Numbered from the stretch's first letter, positions 12,017 through 25,248 are shown. The stretch is DNA of 64,000 bases from Mytilus californianus (GCF_021869535.1 NW_026262659.1:9424001-9488000); one strand, 5' to 3'. Program-made: numbers and translations. Notes: a model not told the origin generated them from the letters alone.

Positions 12017-12414
12017 TTAAGGATGTTCGCTCCACTTGTTTTTGATTTTTTGCCAGATATTCCGAATCCTCTTGTTTTATCCATGTAGTGCCATTAACAA
12101 ATTTTGCCCGCTAACCCCTACTTTTCTTTTCATAATTTTATTACATCTAGTTTAAAAAGCCATATTTGAAAATCTTATAAAATCCTTGTTACTTTTTCAT
12201 TGTTTTTGAAAGAAAAAAGGTGACAATGTTAAATGTATGAAAAATCTAGAGAGAATCATTTCCCGCCAAATTTTCAATGGCTTATATCTCGAAGACAAGC
12301 ACACGGACCCTTAATTATTTTCTGCTTTTTTAGTTTCTTCATTTATATACTATCAATTAATAACAGTCTTTTAAAAAGCTTGTTATTTTGAAACAGAGGA
12401 GCGAACATCCTTAA
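12017..12414. mobile_element. TTAA-flanked MITE
   Basis: ttaa-GGATGTTCGCTCC ... GGAGCGAACATCC-ttaa gives a 13-bp perfect TIR; a partial second copy with the right end only lies at about 15400-15648. TTAA TSDs are typical of Kolobok/piggyBac-type elements. Confidence 0.85.
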
Positions 12415-12464
12415 AAGATACATTTTAACATGACATACATGTATGTACCTATATAGTTACGTAC

Positions 12465-12590
12465 CTGCTTTAACTAACATAACAAAAGTTTGTTTTCCGT
12501 AAGGATATGCTCTGTTACATACATCTTCAAACGTAACCGTGCCACCGGTAGAATCGCCATATAGATGGTCTTGAGCAAAAACCTCAAAGT
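12465..12590 (-). CDS. Gene A exon 4
   Basis: Acceptor ttcattttag, donor GTACGT; reads (D)FEVFAQDHLYGDSTGGTVTFEDVCNRAYPYGKQTFVMLVKA; phase 1 to 1. Confidence 0.85.
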
Positions 12591-12986
12591 CTAAAATGAA
12601 ATCCTAAAATTCTCATAATATGAGCATCATACAAGTCTGTACATTTGTTTAAAAGCAATCTGTAAATCATTGACACATAGTTGTAAAATTAAGTAGGATA
12701 TGCATGTAATATTGAAAAAAAGCAATTTATTTCTTTTCTTATCTTTATTTCTTGTAGGTCGTTATTGAGGAAAAATAAGAGATGAGGTATGATTGCCGAT
12801 GAGACCAATATTCATCAGACACCAAAGGATGAGGATGTAAACAAATACAGGTCACCGTATGGCATGCAATGGTCAAAACTCAGACCGTATAGTAAGCTAC
12901 ACAAGATCCAGGCATGATAAAATGTGAAACAATTAAAAACAAAAAAAACAACGGCCTTACCTATGCTTATACAATAAACAACAGCA

Positions 12987-13065
12987 CAAAGAACAAAACA
13001 ACACATCAAAAAGACAAAACAACACATCAAAAAGACAAAACAACACATCAAAAAGACAAAAGACA
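12987..13065. repeat. 20-bp minisatellite (aaagacaaaacaacacatca) x3-4
   Basis: Direct tandem copies are visible. Confidence 0.85.
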
Positions 13066-13379
13066 CAAAAAGCCAATCTAGTAAGAGTACTCTCAGTTAC
13101 CATGAAGGTTACATGTAGTTCAAAGTTCATTTTCAACTAATAAATGAACCACGATTTAGTTAAGACGTCTTAAACAGTCTGAGAAAACTATGACTTCGTG
13201 ACTTTTATAATTTATACACTTTAACTATATTTATTCATCAAAAAATTATATACTTTTACTTTATTTATATACTTTAACTACATTTATTCATCAAAAATGT
13301 AGTTTCATTTACTCATGATCACGAAAACATGTAGGGACAGTCTATTTCTAACATTTGTAGTTTCGTAGTTTCTTTTTTT

Positions 13380-14110
13380 GACACTTCCAATTTGACATTT
13401 CTAATTTCTTACTTGAATTTTCTCAATTACAACTTGAAAGTGAGAAATGTCTAATTGGAACTGAGAAGTGTCAAGTTAGAATTGGGAAATGTCAGGTTGG
13501 AATTTAGAAATGCCAACTTGGAACAGAGAAGTGTCAACTTGGAAGTGGAAAGACTTGATGTCAAGTTGAAACTGAGAAATTTCAACTTTGAACTGGAAAG
13601 ACTTAGTGTCAAGTTGAAACTGAGAAATGTCAACTTGGAACTGGAAAGTGTCAAGTTTGAAGTGAAAATGTCAACTAGGAAGTTAGAAATACACAATGCT
13701 TCAACTTGGAAGAATGAAATGTCAACTTGAAACTGAGAAATGTCAAGTTTAAACTGATAAATGACAACTTGGAACTAAGAATTGTCAAGTTGAACTGGAA
13801 AGTGTCAAGTTGAAACTGAGAAATGTCAACTTAAAACTGGAAAGTGTCAAGTTGGAAGTGAAAATGTCTGCTTAGAAGTTAGAAATATCCGTTTGGAAGT
13901 TAGAAATGTCAACTTATAACTGAGAAATGACAATTTTGAAATGAGAAATGTCGAGTTGGAAAAGAGAAATTTCAACTTGGAACAAAGAAGTGTCAAGTTG
14001 AAATTGAGAAATATCCATTTCAGTTTTGTCGCCGAAAAAGCTACAAGATCACAGACGTACCTAACTTTGAACTGAGAAATGTCAAGTTGGAAAGAAAAAT
14101 GTTAAATTGA
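13380..14110. repeat. Degenerate tandem repeat with about 21-bp period (gaaatgtcaagttgaaactga-like)
   Basis: Dozens of variants of gaaa(t/g)tgtcaa(g/c)ttg(g/a)aactga; located in gene A intron 3. Confidence 0.9.
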
Positions 14111-14507
14111 AGAATGAAATGGTTAAATGTCTGATTTACTCTTCCCAGGTACTTTTATTAAGTGCTCGGATGGGAAAATTCAAAATTTCATCGATACTGA
14201 CCAAAACGCATTGTACCTGAAGAAATATTTGCTATTATTTAATTTCTGTATCTGTATGACCGTTAGATTCTTGGTTTACTTGAAGACTTGAATAAAGGAG
14301 TTATGAACTGTATTCTTCAGTATTGAAGCCTTGTCGGCCACGACGAAGAAGAAAGCTTATTGCTGTCTCTTTGTTGGCTAATATGGCTTTTTCTGTTGTT
14401 TTTTTGTATATATATTAAGTCTGGAGGCTACTCTCAAATGTATATCAGGGCCAATACAAAACAGTCAGTTTTAAAATAACACTGTAATCACGACGTTTGT
14501 CACTTAC

Positions 14508-14611
14508 CGGTTCCTAAATAATAATAAAATGTAACGTTGTTTTCCTTAAAAAGCTCTATACACATATAAAACCTCGTGATCGTCCCGAATATATTAGGTT
14601 CAATTACCATT
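14508..14611 (-). CDS. Gene A exon 3
   Basis: Acceptor ttaatttcag, donor GTAAGT; reads MVIEPNIFGTITRFYMCIELFKENNVTFYYYLGT; phase 2 to 1. Confidence 0.85.
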
Positions 14612-15679
14612 CTGAAATTAAAAACAAAATATTTTTCTATATATGCTCATTTGGCTTGGCAAACACCGAATCGTTGACTTTGATAGGTCGATCTCACTTC
14701 ATGTGGATTGTTTCGGTCCAAGATGAAATCACCTGTCTGATAGTCAATAGTTTGGCTTTGATTTATTACTTAGCATTTGCTTTACAAAAACACATAGCAA
14801 ATTTGCAAACTCAGCGGTCTTAAAGTGTGACACCATTGACGTTCCTACAAGAAAGGGTGACCCGCTGTTATTTGCACATAACATATATATTGTATTTTGT
14901 ATACTGTTGTATTTGTCCTTTGGTCATTTTTCGTTTTTTGCCAGTTTTTCCTTGCATTTAAGCTGTGCGTAGTGAGGTTGTCGAATTTCTAACTGGAGGG
15001 GTCATGATTAAGGCCATTGCATGCATAAGCTGTCGGAGTTAGGGTAATTCAGTATATTTCTGAAGATTTGGATATAACAAAGGATTGTCTTTTAAAAGAA
15101 AGTCTATGTCACAGTTTTATAGTATAACTTAGCCATTGAAATGTCAAAAAAACATAATCAACTTTTTGTTAAATTTGAAGCATCATATGAATTCAAGTCT
15201 AGAAAAAAATCTTATGCTAACAGACTAGTCAGAATTTACGTACATTATTGTTTTATTGACAAACAAGAAATTTTCTTTCAATAATTCAAAAGTCTTATGA
15301 TACAATGTAAAATAATGCAGACGAGAAGTAAAAGTCAAATTTTCTTTACATCTGGTCTTTTTGTCTTAGAAAATATTACATAATACCAAATTACAATTAT
15401 ACATAATTAACTGTGAAATCCTTGTTATTTTTTATAGTTTTTGATAGAAAAACAGTGCCAATGTTAATAGTATGAAAAATCTAGAGAGAATCATTTCCCG
15501 CCAAATTTTGAACGGCTTATATCTCAAAAACAAGCACACGGACCCTTCATTTTTCTCTGCTTTTTTAGTTCCGTTATTTATATACTATCAATTTATAACA
15601 GTCTTTTAAAAAGCTTGTTATTTTGAAACAGAGTAGCGAACATCCTTAAATGCAAAACTAGGAAATAAAGTGAACTTAC

Positions 15680-15848
15680 TTCAGAACGTATCGATCGTCT
15701 CTTTTCTCAAGACATTCGAAATCTGATTTAGGTGTAAAAGGTATTGTTAGAGGGTAATCAATGATATGTGTTACATTAGCCCCTATTGTCCCTGTAGAAG
15801 CACTGACATAGGTATCTTCCTCACCAAACGGCATCATACACTGGCCAT
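15680..15848 (-). CDS. Gene A exon 2
   Basis: Acceptor ttttcttcag, donor GTAAGT; reads (D)GQCMMPFGEEDTYVSASTGTIGANVTHIIDYPLTIPFTPKSDFECLEKRDDRYVL(K); phase 1 to 2. Confidence 0.85.
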
Positions 15849-16743
15849 CTGAAGAAAAGAAATGGCATCAATTACGATGTAAAACGTTTCAAATAGTGTT
15901 ACATCTGTAACGAAATTGAATTTCACCGGTAGTATATTGTACCTTAATATGTCTGCATTATATAAGTTGGAAACACCAAAGTCAACCCTTCAATAAGCTT
16001 TCCATGAATTGTCATCTTCCAACCCCAACCCCCCAAATTTGTTTTTTTTTTACAAGGAATCAATTGATAGAAGGGAAATGCAAAAGGAACCTCAAAAACC
16101 CAACATTACGTTTGACGTGTCGACAAGAGAAGTGTTTACGCATCCTCGATGACTCTGTAATTTTAGTTTAATCTTTTGCACTGGTGAGAGGTATAGGTTC
16201 ACACTATGGGGCATCTTATTTCCCATATGTGCTTTTGTTTGTGCTGCCTAACGTTAGTTACCTGTGTTATGCGTGTTATATTCTATTAATATCGTTTGTC
16301 TTTTCTGTCGCGATGTTGTTGTATGTTCTTCTACTTTTGATTTTTATCTGACCCATTTGTAAACAAATGATAATACATATTTACACAATTGAAGAATCAA
16401 GACCAATAAAGGACAATCTAAATTAACACGAACAATGGGTCAGTGAAATGTCGACAAAGGATATATTGAGCCAGCCATGTAAGTCAAGATCAACAAAAGT
16501 CTGTATATAAATACCAATATGTAAAACTAAAGAATAAACAGATATAAAAGTTCATTATGTAGGTCAATAAAATGTAACCGTACATTACTTGTGTCAAAAG
16601 TTGCTGTCTAGTTGACTTATATCTCGTATCTATAAGTATTCTTATTACAACAGTTTAACAGTAAAGTATGTATGATGAGCAGTGTTCATAGACACGCACA
16701 CAAGTATTGGAAGATCATTTACGGTATTATGAAAACCAGTTTA

Positions 16744-16845
16744 GGAATGAGAGACACAATAAAAGAATGAGAGACACAATAAAGGAATGAGAGACACAAT
16801 AAAGGAGTGAGAGACACAATAAAGGAATGAGAGACACAGTAAAGG
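16744..16845. repeat. 20-bp minisatellite (ggaatgagagacacaataaa) x5
   Basis: Direct tandem copies are visible. Confidence 0.9.
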
Positions 16846-17899
16846 AACGTACAAACTACCAACAGACATATTTATGAAAATATACAAACTCGGTTGATTT
16901 CAATGGCCGCTATACTTTATGTTAGTCTATAAGGTAAGTCCACTTGTATAAAATTAAGCACCTCAGTTATTCAACTATATTAACTTCTAATAACCTAGTA
17001 CAGTCCAAATGATGTTTTAAGGTATAAATATGGTGCCTATGACCTCCCGTCCCGTGCTGAGAGGTGTCTATGACCTCCCGTCCCGTGCTGGGAGGTGCCT
17101 ATTTTCTGGGTGAGATGTACAAATACCAACAACGTCGGGTCGGTACGGGAAAATATTTGAAGTCACCGTGTTGGAGTGTTCCCTGCTCTCTACGTGGTAC
17201 ATGTAACGAACTCTTTGTTACCTGTTTGAATGGTGCTCATGTCACTTCATAAAATGCGAAATTGATAAACAAATATGATATTCTGCCTCTAATAAGTCAT
17301 ATGTCAATAAGTAGTTCAAGTATCCCTTAATCCCGGTCCACAACTTTTAAGTGCCAGTCTTTGTAAGAATCAAGCTATTTAGAAAAAAATTAAAACATGG
17401 CAAAAGAAAACCCACCGACCTAACCATCCTATTTTGAAGGTACCCTCATCTTGAGTTAGAAATGGTAGGTCTTTCGTTTCTGCGTGTCTGGTAATTCCAG
17501 AAATATCTAGATAAATTTTGGTAAGAATGATAGCAAATTACGGAGTTATCTCCCTTAAATGTTAATTTCTAGTGCATTTCAACCAAATCATATCTTGAAT
17601 CACCAGAACAGGTAAAGGAAACGAATGTTTTATTCAGGCACCGTTATACATTCTGAATTTAAATAATGGTAAAGCTGGGCGGGTTTTTGTTTGTCATGTT
17701 TTCACCACTGCCTGATTCTTAGGCAGATTAGCGCTTAAAAACACACCTGTTTGATTTGTTCTCTACACGAATCTGCATGAAATATTTGCCACTGGACGTG
17801 AAAGCAGACAATTGATCATTAACTACGTTCTGTATCATGGGGTAGTTTTAGTGATATGACTTTGGTCAATCTTATAAACTTCGGCGTACAAACTATAAA

Positions 17900-18660
17900 A
17901 AATAAGAAGATGTGATATGATAGCCAATGAGACAAGTCTCCACCAGAGACCAAATGACATTGAAATTTAAAACCATAGGTCACCGTATGGCCTTCAACAA
18001 TACGCAAAACCCATCCTGCATAGTAACCTATAAAAGGACTCCAAATGACAAATGAAATACAATTCAAACGAGAAAACCAACGGGATTTATGCACAAAATA
18101 ATGAACGTAAAACAAATATGATATACAGCAATAGACGATAACCACTGAATGAAAGGCTCCAGACGTAGAACAGGCACATACAGAATGTGGCGGGGTTGAA
18201 CATGTTTGTGATGGCGCCAAACCCTCCCCCTAATCTGGGACAGTGGTGTAACAGTACACCATAAGCACAAACTACAATAAAGAGCTGCGCCATGAGCGCA
18301 TGTTACGCCCCTCGCTTTTTCAAAGAATGAAGTTCCATAACTCCTCAATGTCATATCAGAAATTTATAAAAAAAAACTAAAGGGAGCTCACGTCAATAGA
18401 TATAAACAATTCACTATCATGCAAATTTGATAAAGCGGTTTTGAGTTATTGTCCGACATGTTGACGACGGACGGACGGACAACGGTATACCATAATAAGT
18501 TCCGTAAACGGGCGTATACAAATCAGTTGAAAAGGGCTTAACTAATCAGATCGATACAAAGCACATAACAAACCATAACAAAATCAAAAGTAGAGATCTA
18601 AGAGTACACGCAGTTACTGAAAACTAGATCACAGCTAATAACAACTGATAAAAAAGTCAT
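17900..18660 (-). mobile_element. Copy of the most abundant dispersed repeat in the window, with a nested short element at about 18280-18520
   Basis: Family core gatgtggtatgattgccaatgagac...ggtcaccgtacggccttcaacaa...gctataaaagg...caggctcctgacttgggacagg. Further copies in either orientation lie at about 2830-3240, 12780-12960, 25365-25740, 28520-28760, 35395-36640, 37340-37440, 38645-38870, 41260-41590, 42510-42905, 56000-56360, 61540-61710 and 63620-63690. Class is unresolved and the strand label is arbitrary. Confidence 0.85.
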
Positions 18661-18749
18661 GTGTCAGACTCAAAAGTCTTCATTAGAAATCTTCTCTTTT
18701 TAACATTAATAATTTTTCACATAAACCTTTTGAATTTATAAGGAATTAC

Positions 18750-18819
18750 CTGCTTGTTTCGTCCAAATACTTGTAGAGAAGCACAACACAAAAGATATCC
18801 ATGAAAAGTATCTCAACAT
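18750..18819 (-). CDS. Gene A exon 1 (signal peptide) of an uncharacterised Cys-rich type I membrane protein
   Basis: ATG at 18819 gives MLRYFSWISFVLCFSTSIWTKQA plus 1 nt, then donor AG|GTAATT; hydrophobic leader; phase 1 matches exon 2. Confidence 0.8.
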
Positions 18820-19302
18820 TTTCTTTTTTTGTATAACATGCATAAACGCCACTTGGTTTAGGGCAAAATGACAAAAATAATTATTATTCAATATTTTGAA
18901 AATTGCACCTAAATTAAATTGTTCTACATTATTAATTTGATTGAATTTTAAACGTCGCGTGCATTTTATTGATACATTACCTTCCGAACAGAAAATTCAT
19001 TGTCATGAAGGCGATTTAATTACGATATGGGGATATTTCAGCAATTTATAATGTTTTGTTATTAAAGGATAGTCAAATATATTGGACCATGTAAACAATA
19101 AAGTAACAGTGTTCATACCGTTCTAATTACTTATTGGTGTTTGGTTACAAAAGTCTCCTACAAGGCAATACACTGAATGACCGTCTGCTTAATGTGGTGA
19201 TCATTATTAAGTGTGCTTATATTATGCTTTAAAAAAAGTACGAAGTAAAATAGAAATAAAAACGTTTCAATATTTTTCTCATTCTGAGCTATTATATTCA
19301 TT

Positions 19303-19304
19303 CC

Positions 19305-19352
<48 letters not shown>

Positions 19353-19460
19353 AGACCATTATATTCATTCCTATTATTATTCCTATTATTATTATTATAT
19401 TATTTTCATTATTATTATTATAATTATTATTATTTTAATTATTATTATTATTATTATTAT
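19303..19460. repeat. (TTA)n microsatellite, compound
   Basis: Runs of ttattattatta interrupted by a duplicated aaagaccat motif. Confidence 0.95.
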
Positions 19461-20183
19461 TAAAGACCATATGTTCTGCAAGTAATAAAAGAATAAAACT
19501 AATTGGTCCAACGAGAAACGTTCTTCTGTTAAAGTTCTTCTGTTAAAAATGTGCCATATAGATATCGACATAAAATATAAGAACAACAATATACTAACAA
19601 ATTTGTCCATTAATTTTTACAGATCTTTTGTATCTCTAGCTCAGGTTTGCTGTTTCAAGCTTCTATCTGTTTATAATAGTTTTCAAATAAACGAAAATAC
19701 ACTAAAATGAGTTAAAAAAATGTAATTTTAGGACAAACCTCGTTTAAGGAGTCTATGTTTATGTTAATATGCTTGTATTTTTGAAGATCTTGAATTATGA
19801 TCATTTATACAACTGCCGTCACACATTCAGGATTTTTACTGCCGTTATTCCTGATTAAAAATTTGTAAAAAGTCGGATAAAGATCCTGTGATTCGAGGCT
19901 GGAAATTTGTAAATCAAATATTTATTTTTATCCTGCAATCGACCTTTCTACTATACTAATACAGGTGTACAGATAACACGAAGCGATAAACGTATACTAG
20001 ACGTTTATAGTCTCCTAATATCCTGCTTCTGTTGCGAGCGACTGGTTATGTCAAATTACTGTTTACATCACAGTTCAATTTGGGGTCCTCATTGCTGTCC
20101 GCGTTTAAGTCATGCCGATTTCATTCAAAAACAAATTCAACGATTGGGATGGGAAAAAAATGTACAAAATTATTGCAGGATAA

Positions 20184-20333
20184 AGACAATAACTGTTTTG
20201 TGTCTTTAAATATCAGCTGTATTTGTACTCGGCTCCAAACAGGAGTAATAGCTCGCTGAAGTTCGCATTACACCTGTTTCTTAGCCTCGTACAAATACAG
20301 CTGATATTTAAAGACACTAAACAGTTATTGTCT
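20184..20333. mobile_element. Near-perfect 150-bp foldback (hairpin MITE)
   Basis: agacaataactgttttgtgtctttaaatatcagctgtatttgtac pairs with gtacaaatacagctgatatttaaagacactaaacagttattgtct (1 mismatch in about 45 bp); the inner arms also pair. Confidence 0.85.
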
Positions 20334-23300
20334 ATATATTTTTCAGGAACGTCTCGATAATCCCGTTTTCAATCCGATTCAGATCCGATTTGTATCTTTC
20401 GAGTGGTAAATAGATATAGGAAGATGACCGAATTTGTCCCGATAGCGTCCCGATTGTCCAGAATGTGATCACAGGATCTTGATCAGACGTTTGACAAATT
20501 TAAATCGGGAACGGTCCTATTAAGGATGGCAGTTACACTCCTGAATGTGTGTCTGAGGCTTTGTAGTATTTTGTATTTTTCGTATCAGTCTATCTCTTCT
20601 AGCTTTAAACGGCACATTATGTAAATATACAAAACATGGTCAGAAATCATCATTTAAGGGCTATCCCTTCATTAAGAAGTTTTCTGATAATTTTGATACA
20701 AATGAAAAGTAGGTAGATTTTTTCCTCGTCATATCTGTTATGGGTTTCAAGGTATAAGATTATTACTTGATAATGTTCTAATTTAGCTATGACGATAATC
20801 TAGCTTGAAGTTCCGTAATACTTCACAAACTATTATTACATGTATAATGACCTAATCATGTTTTGAATTGGTTAAAATAGGTTCGGTAGATCAGAGGGAG
20901 ATCTCTGACAAACTTTACAACAGATGTAATACAATGTAGCTCATCGTGGTCTATGTTAATAAAAAGGAACAATCATTATATGTATATGCTTGAATAATCT
21001 TGCTTGACCTGCCATTTATCGTTGCGTCGTATGAAAGTCGATCTTTGTTTGTTTAGTATGTCAAATGATAATGTCCTTCATGGGCAATTAACTGTAAATC
21101 ACAATACTGACATTCAATTTTGTCGAACGTTTGATTTTGGCCCCAATTTTGCTTACGCCCAAAGCAACGTTTTGTGAAGGACATAATATATAAATCTAGT
21201 AAACACTTATGGCATTAGATGTGAGCATCTAGATTAACCCTCAGCAAGAACACTCATAGCAACAAGTTCGGAAAGTCAAACCTGTATAAATGCCACACCT
21301 AGTTCGTGTGTTAACCTCTTAAATTACAGGAGGTGGTTGATAAAATAACGACTAAAGAATGCATTAGTTGTACCAATATTATTAATTCGTTCCTATTTTC
21401 AGTGTATTAATTACACCCATTTCAAATGCAATAAATGCACCGATATTAGGAACGAGATATAAACTTCCATTCACAACTAATATTGCGTTTCATGCAGAGG
21501 GTTACCTACATCTAAAATAGTAAGAAATATATATATAAAGTGCCTAGAAAATCAACAATGTTAGAGTAGATCTGATTCTTTACTTCCTCCCCGAGCTGGG
21601 CTGGAACCTGTACTTTTCACTTCTCACTTCTACGACAACACCGCCTAGCATTGCGCAAAGACCTTATCCCCTCCTCTAACTATGGCTGATAAAAATCAGC
21701 TTTCGTTTCAGGATGTGTTACCTTCTCGTAGTTATTAGACAAAGACATCTTATCACAATACACGAAGTATTTTTAAGTGTACAAGAATGATCATCTACTC
21801 ATCTGTTCAGTATAATTACAGGATGCTATTCTATTTTTAGAAGCATACAATCACTATGAATTATATATATATGTATGAAAAAGTCTTCAAATTCATAAAA
21901 AAAATAATTGAAAGTTTTCTCGTTGAATAATCAGTATTAATTCCTCTACGTAGGCAAATATAAATCACCGCGTCCTTAAATCTCTCATTTTTTTTCACTT
22001 TGTGTTTAATCGTCTCTATTTATCTAAGGTATACCTAGAAAATCTACAGATACCATGTTCTATAGTTTTATAATGATAATAATTGTGTTATATAAAGGAA
22101 AAGACTTCCTAAGATAGTGTCAGATCCTCCTTGCCTCGTAAGTTAAATAGAATACTGTGGATTCATTTATTGTGGTTGGTACCTATTTCCAAGAGAAAAG
22201 TCCGTTCTTTTCTTTCGCAGATATTTGATTGTGTAGTTTAAACAAAATTATGTTTACAAATCTACAAGAACTGCGTATTATAATGGATACCACGAAATTC
22301 ACGAAAAATAGTATACCAACAATATTTTGTATTCAAATGTATAAACAAATTTTATTTTATTGAATACTTAAATCCTATACCCATGAAATTAACAAAAAAT
22401 TGTACACCACGAATAAAGATATCCCCTGCCAGATGAGAAGCATACGAAGGGTAACTTGGTTTTATTCCGTTTGTAGCATGTTAAAAAATTCCAATCTAGA
22501 ACAAAAGGGTAAAAGTTAATCATATAACCTTACCATGTTATTATCATAAATATGCCTAATATTTGCCACTGGACGTTAAATAGCTAGTTGTCAATTAATC
22601 AATCTCAGTATGGTGCGAGTTGTTACGTATACTGTAAGATTAAGTAATGAGTTTGCGAGATGTAAAACCACTTCTACAATTGGATGTACCAAAGCAGTCG
22701 TTCAAAGAGGTTCCTAAGCGAACGTCCATTTAATATTCGGGGTGGGGGAGAGTGCAGGATTAATTTTTGCGGATTGACTATTCATTTCATCTGTTGTTAC
22801 GCATGCTTCTTTTTTCAGTTTTAAACACAATTGTTTCCGGCATTTTTGGGTAGCAGAATATTCATGTTTATCCAGTCTAATGCAAGATCATTTACTTTCA
22901 GTTCTTACCAGGCCAGACCATTCATGTTCTAAATCCTCCTGCCCAATCCACCCCCTAGAAAATCAAGTCAAACCTAAGTCCCCTTACAGTTCAGTTAATT
23001 TGTTATACCCAAATGAATTCACGTCTTTGGCAAATTAAAAAGACATTACAGACACATAAATTTAGCTTTGTAAGATTAGTCTTATTCATAAGCAGAGTAG
23101 ATATTTTATCATAGTAACATTCTTGCTTTATTTGGCACTTCAATATTTATAGTTATACTCGTCTGGACACATGTACAATATGTGTCAAAGTAAAGGTTTA
23201 CTTTTATTTTGTCAGCCAATGTCAACTTTTAATTATAAAGTTTTAAATTTACTGATTATTAAAGGTATGCAATCAGATCTAGTGTAGGCTTCCTGCTGAC

Positions 23301-23571
23301 GTCGAATCTATATCAATGGTTTGATTATAGTCAGGAGAAATAATGAACAATAAGAGTGTTTGTTTTCTCGTTTGTGGTCCATAGAACTGCATGATTCGAC
23401 AACAACAAAATATTTGTGTTTTATTATTTCAACTGTTTCAAAAAAGTGACTTCTTGTTCTTATCACCATTTCGACAAATATATAAATCAATAAATGAAAA
23501 AAATATGGTATAGTAATCGTTAAACTTTATATTTGTAAATATTGAATCGTGGAAGGCATACTTTGGACATT

Positions 23572-23626
23572 ATGGTTAAGATTGGATTCTTTTGTATGAT
23601 TGTAATGTGTGTAATTAGTAATACAG
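23572..23626 (+). CDS. Gene B exon 1 (signal peptide); secreted paralog of gene A
   Basis: MVKIGFFCMIVMCVISNT plus 1 nt, donor AG|GTTAGT; phase 1 matches exon 2. Confidence 0.7.
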
Positions 23627-24461
23627 GTTAGTTAATGTTATATATGTATATATTTATATACCCTTACATTTCATATCCCTCAATTTTAATGAACTATGAT
23701 GTTACATAAATTTTCATTAAAAGCCAAATTGATGAATTATAAAAAAAAATGTGTACATTTTTTAAAAACTGATCTTATATCTGTTACTCAGTGACCACAA
23801 TGCGTATATGAATTATTCTCTTGTAGGCAAATATTTGTTTTGAGTGTTCAGTCAACTTGACTCAGATGTTTTCATCTTATTCTGATTTTATAATACTACC
23901 ATTAAAACGAATGCTACTTTGATACAGAGTAAAGAAAAAAGGTTATTTGAATCTCTATTTTAAAAAACTTTCTAAATATATGTGACGGTCAACTGTTGGT
24001 TGACGGGATTGATTGATGAAAAAGGACCAGTACATTCACGACATGTTGACCTTTGAGGATAGTTGTCACATTGGCAATCATATCTTGTTTTCTTACTTTT
24101 ATATCGAAACAGGTGTATGTATATAAGTATTCTTCACTATGGCAGATACACTTCTTGAATTTAATATTTATGTCAAGATGATCGGCTTTACGATACAGTG
24201 GAACTTAGAACTAAATTAAATATAAAACAGACAAATTATTTTAATTAATATAGGATTGATAGTACGCTCTATATATATAATATTTTTTGGTAATATATAT
24301 TTTTATTTTCATATCATTTTCAAGTCTCATCTACAAATAAAGATGTACAAAAAATGACTTTTGCAATAACACATAGATATATGGTAAATCATAATTGTTT
24401 CAATAGAACAGTCAATAATACAATGAAGAATACATCTTTATAATATCATTATATACCCCAG

Positions 24462-24669
24462 ATGCATCCTGCCAATTCAAGGATTCACTTCAGGGTAGAT
24501 GGAATGGAGGTTATGATGCAGACACCAGGAAAAATGTTGTTTTTAGTTTTGATGGAGATACACTGAGGGATTTTACCTTAAACATGCCAACACTGTCACA
24601 GAGTGATTTTACTTGTGTCGAAAGTTACGAGAAAGGAGATACAACGATATATACCTTACAAAATGTGGA
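24462..24669 (+). CDS. Gene B exon 2
   Basis: Acceptor atacccccag-type, donor GTAAGT; reads (D)ASCQFKDSLQGRWNGGYDADTRKNVVFSFDGDTLRDFTLNMPTLSQSDFTCVESYEKGDTTIYTLQNV(E); same phase 1 to 2 and SDF-x-C motif as gene A exon 2. Confidence 0.8.
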
Positions 24670-25165
24670 GTAAGTACTGGGTATTCTACAATATGGAAAG
24701 TCTTTTAAATGACAATGTCTAAGCTGACAATGGTTAGGTTCATAATGTACACTGCTATGTGTGTTTGTATGTGTGTGTGTTTCTATAAAAACTTAAATGA
24801 TTACGACAATCAGTTACTGTAATATAATTAATTTTTTTGTTGTCCATGTAATTTTGTTGACGCGTAGCCAAATTCTTTTCAAAATGATCATGCATGAGAT
24901 TCTTCTTCTAAACTTATTTTTTTCTATGTTAAAATTATCTGTCAATTCGGTTGTTTACGAAAACACTTTTTAATAAACATATATACTTTTTCAATTCATC
25001 TTATGTAAAGTATATACATGTTTAGTAATGTTATAAATCATATCGGCTATACCTGTCATAAGTATTACTATTGACACATGAGATGTATGAGTAACTGAGA
25101 CTGTACTATAGTGGAAATGAGGTTTTTTTTGGATTTTTTATTTGTCGTGCGTATATATATTTTAG

Positions 25166-25248
25166 GACTCCACAACCCATTTTTGGGATCCAAATCGACA
25201 TTTACTTTTGTCTGGCTGTCAAAGGCGAAGAGTATTCTATACTGACAG
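25166..25248 (+). CDS. Gene B exon 3
   Basis: Acceptor atattttag, donor GTACAT; reads TPQPIFGIQIDIYFCLAVKGEEYSILT; aligns to gene A EPNIFGTITRFYMCIEL; phase 2 to 1. Confidence 0.7.

Noticed and set aside
13451-13730. Coiled-coil-like ORFs on both strands as real genes
   Set aside because: They are produced by the 21-bp tandem repeat and lack splice or start context.
17819-18354. ORFs in dispersed-repeat copies (also 12815, 28446, 37130, 37362, 42741, 56107, 60964, 63433)
   Set aside because: They overlap multi-copy non-coding repeats, and the frames are not conserved between copies.
19211-19610. Poly-Leu/poly-Ile ORFs resembling membrane peptides
   Set aside because: They are translations of the (TTA)n microsatellite.
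21590-21690. tRNA gene
   Set aside because: Only a B-box-like remnant is present on the minus strand with no cloverleaf; at most a decayed SINE head.
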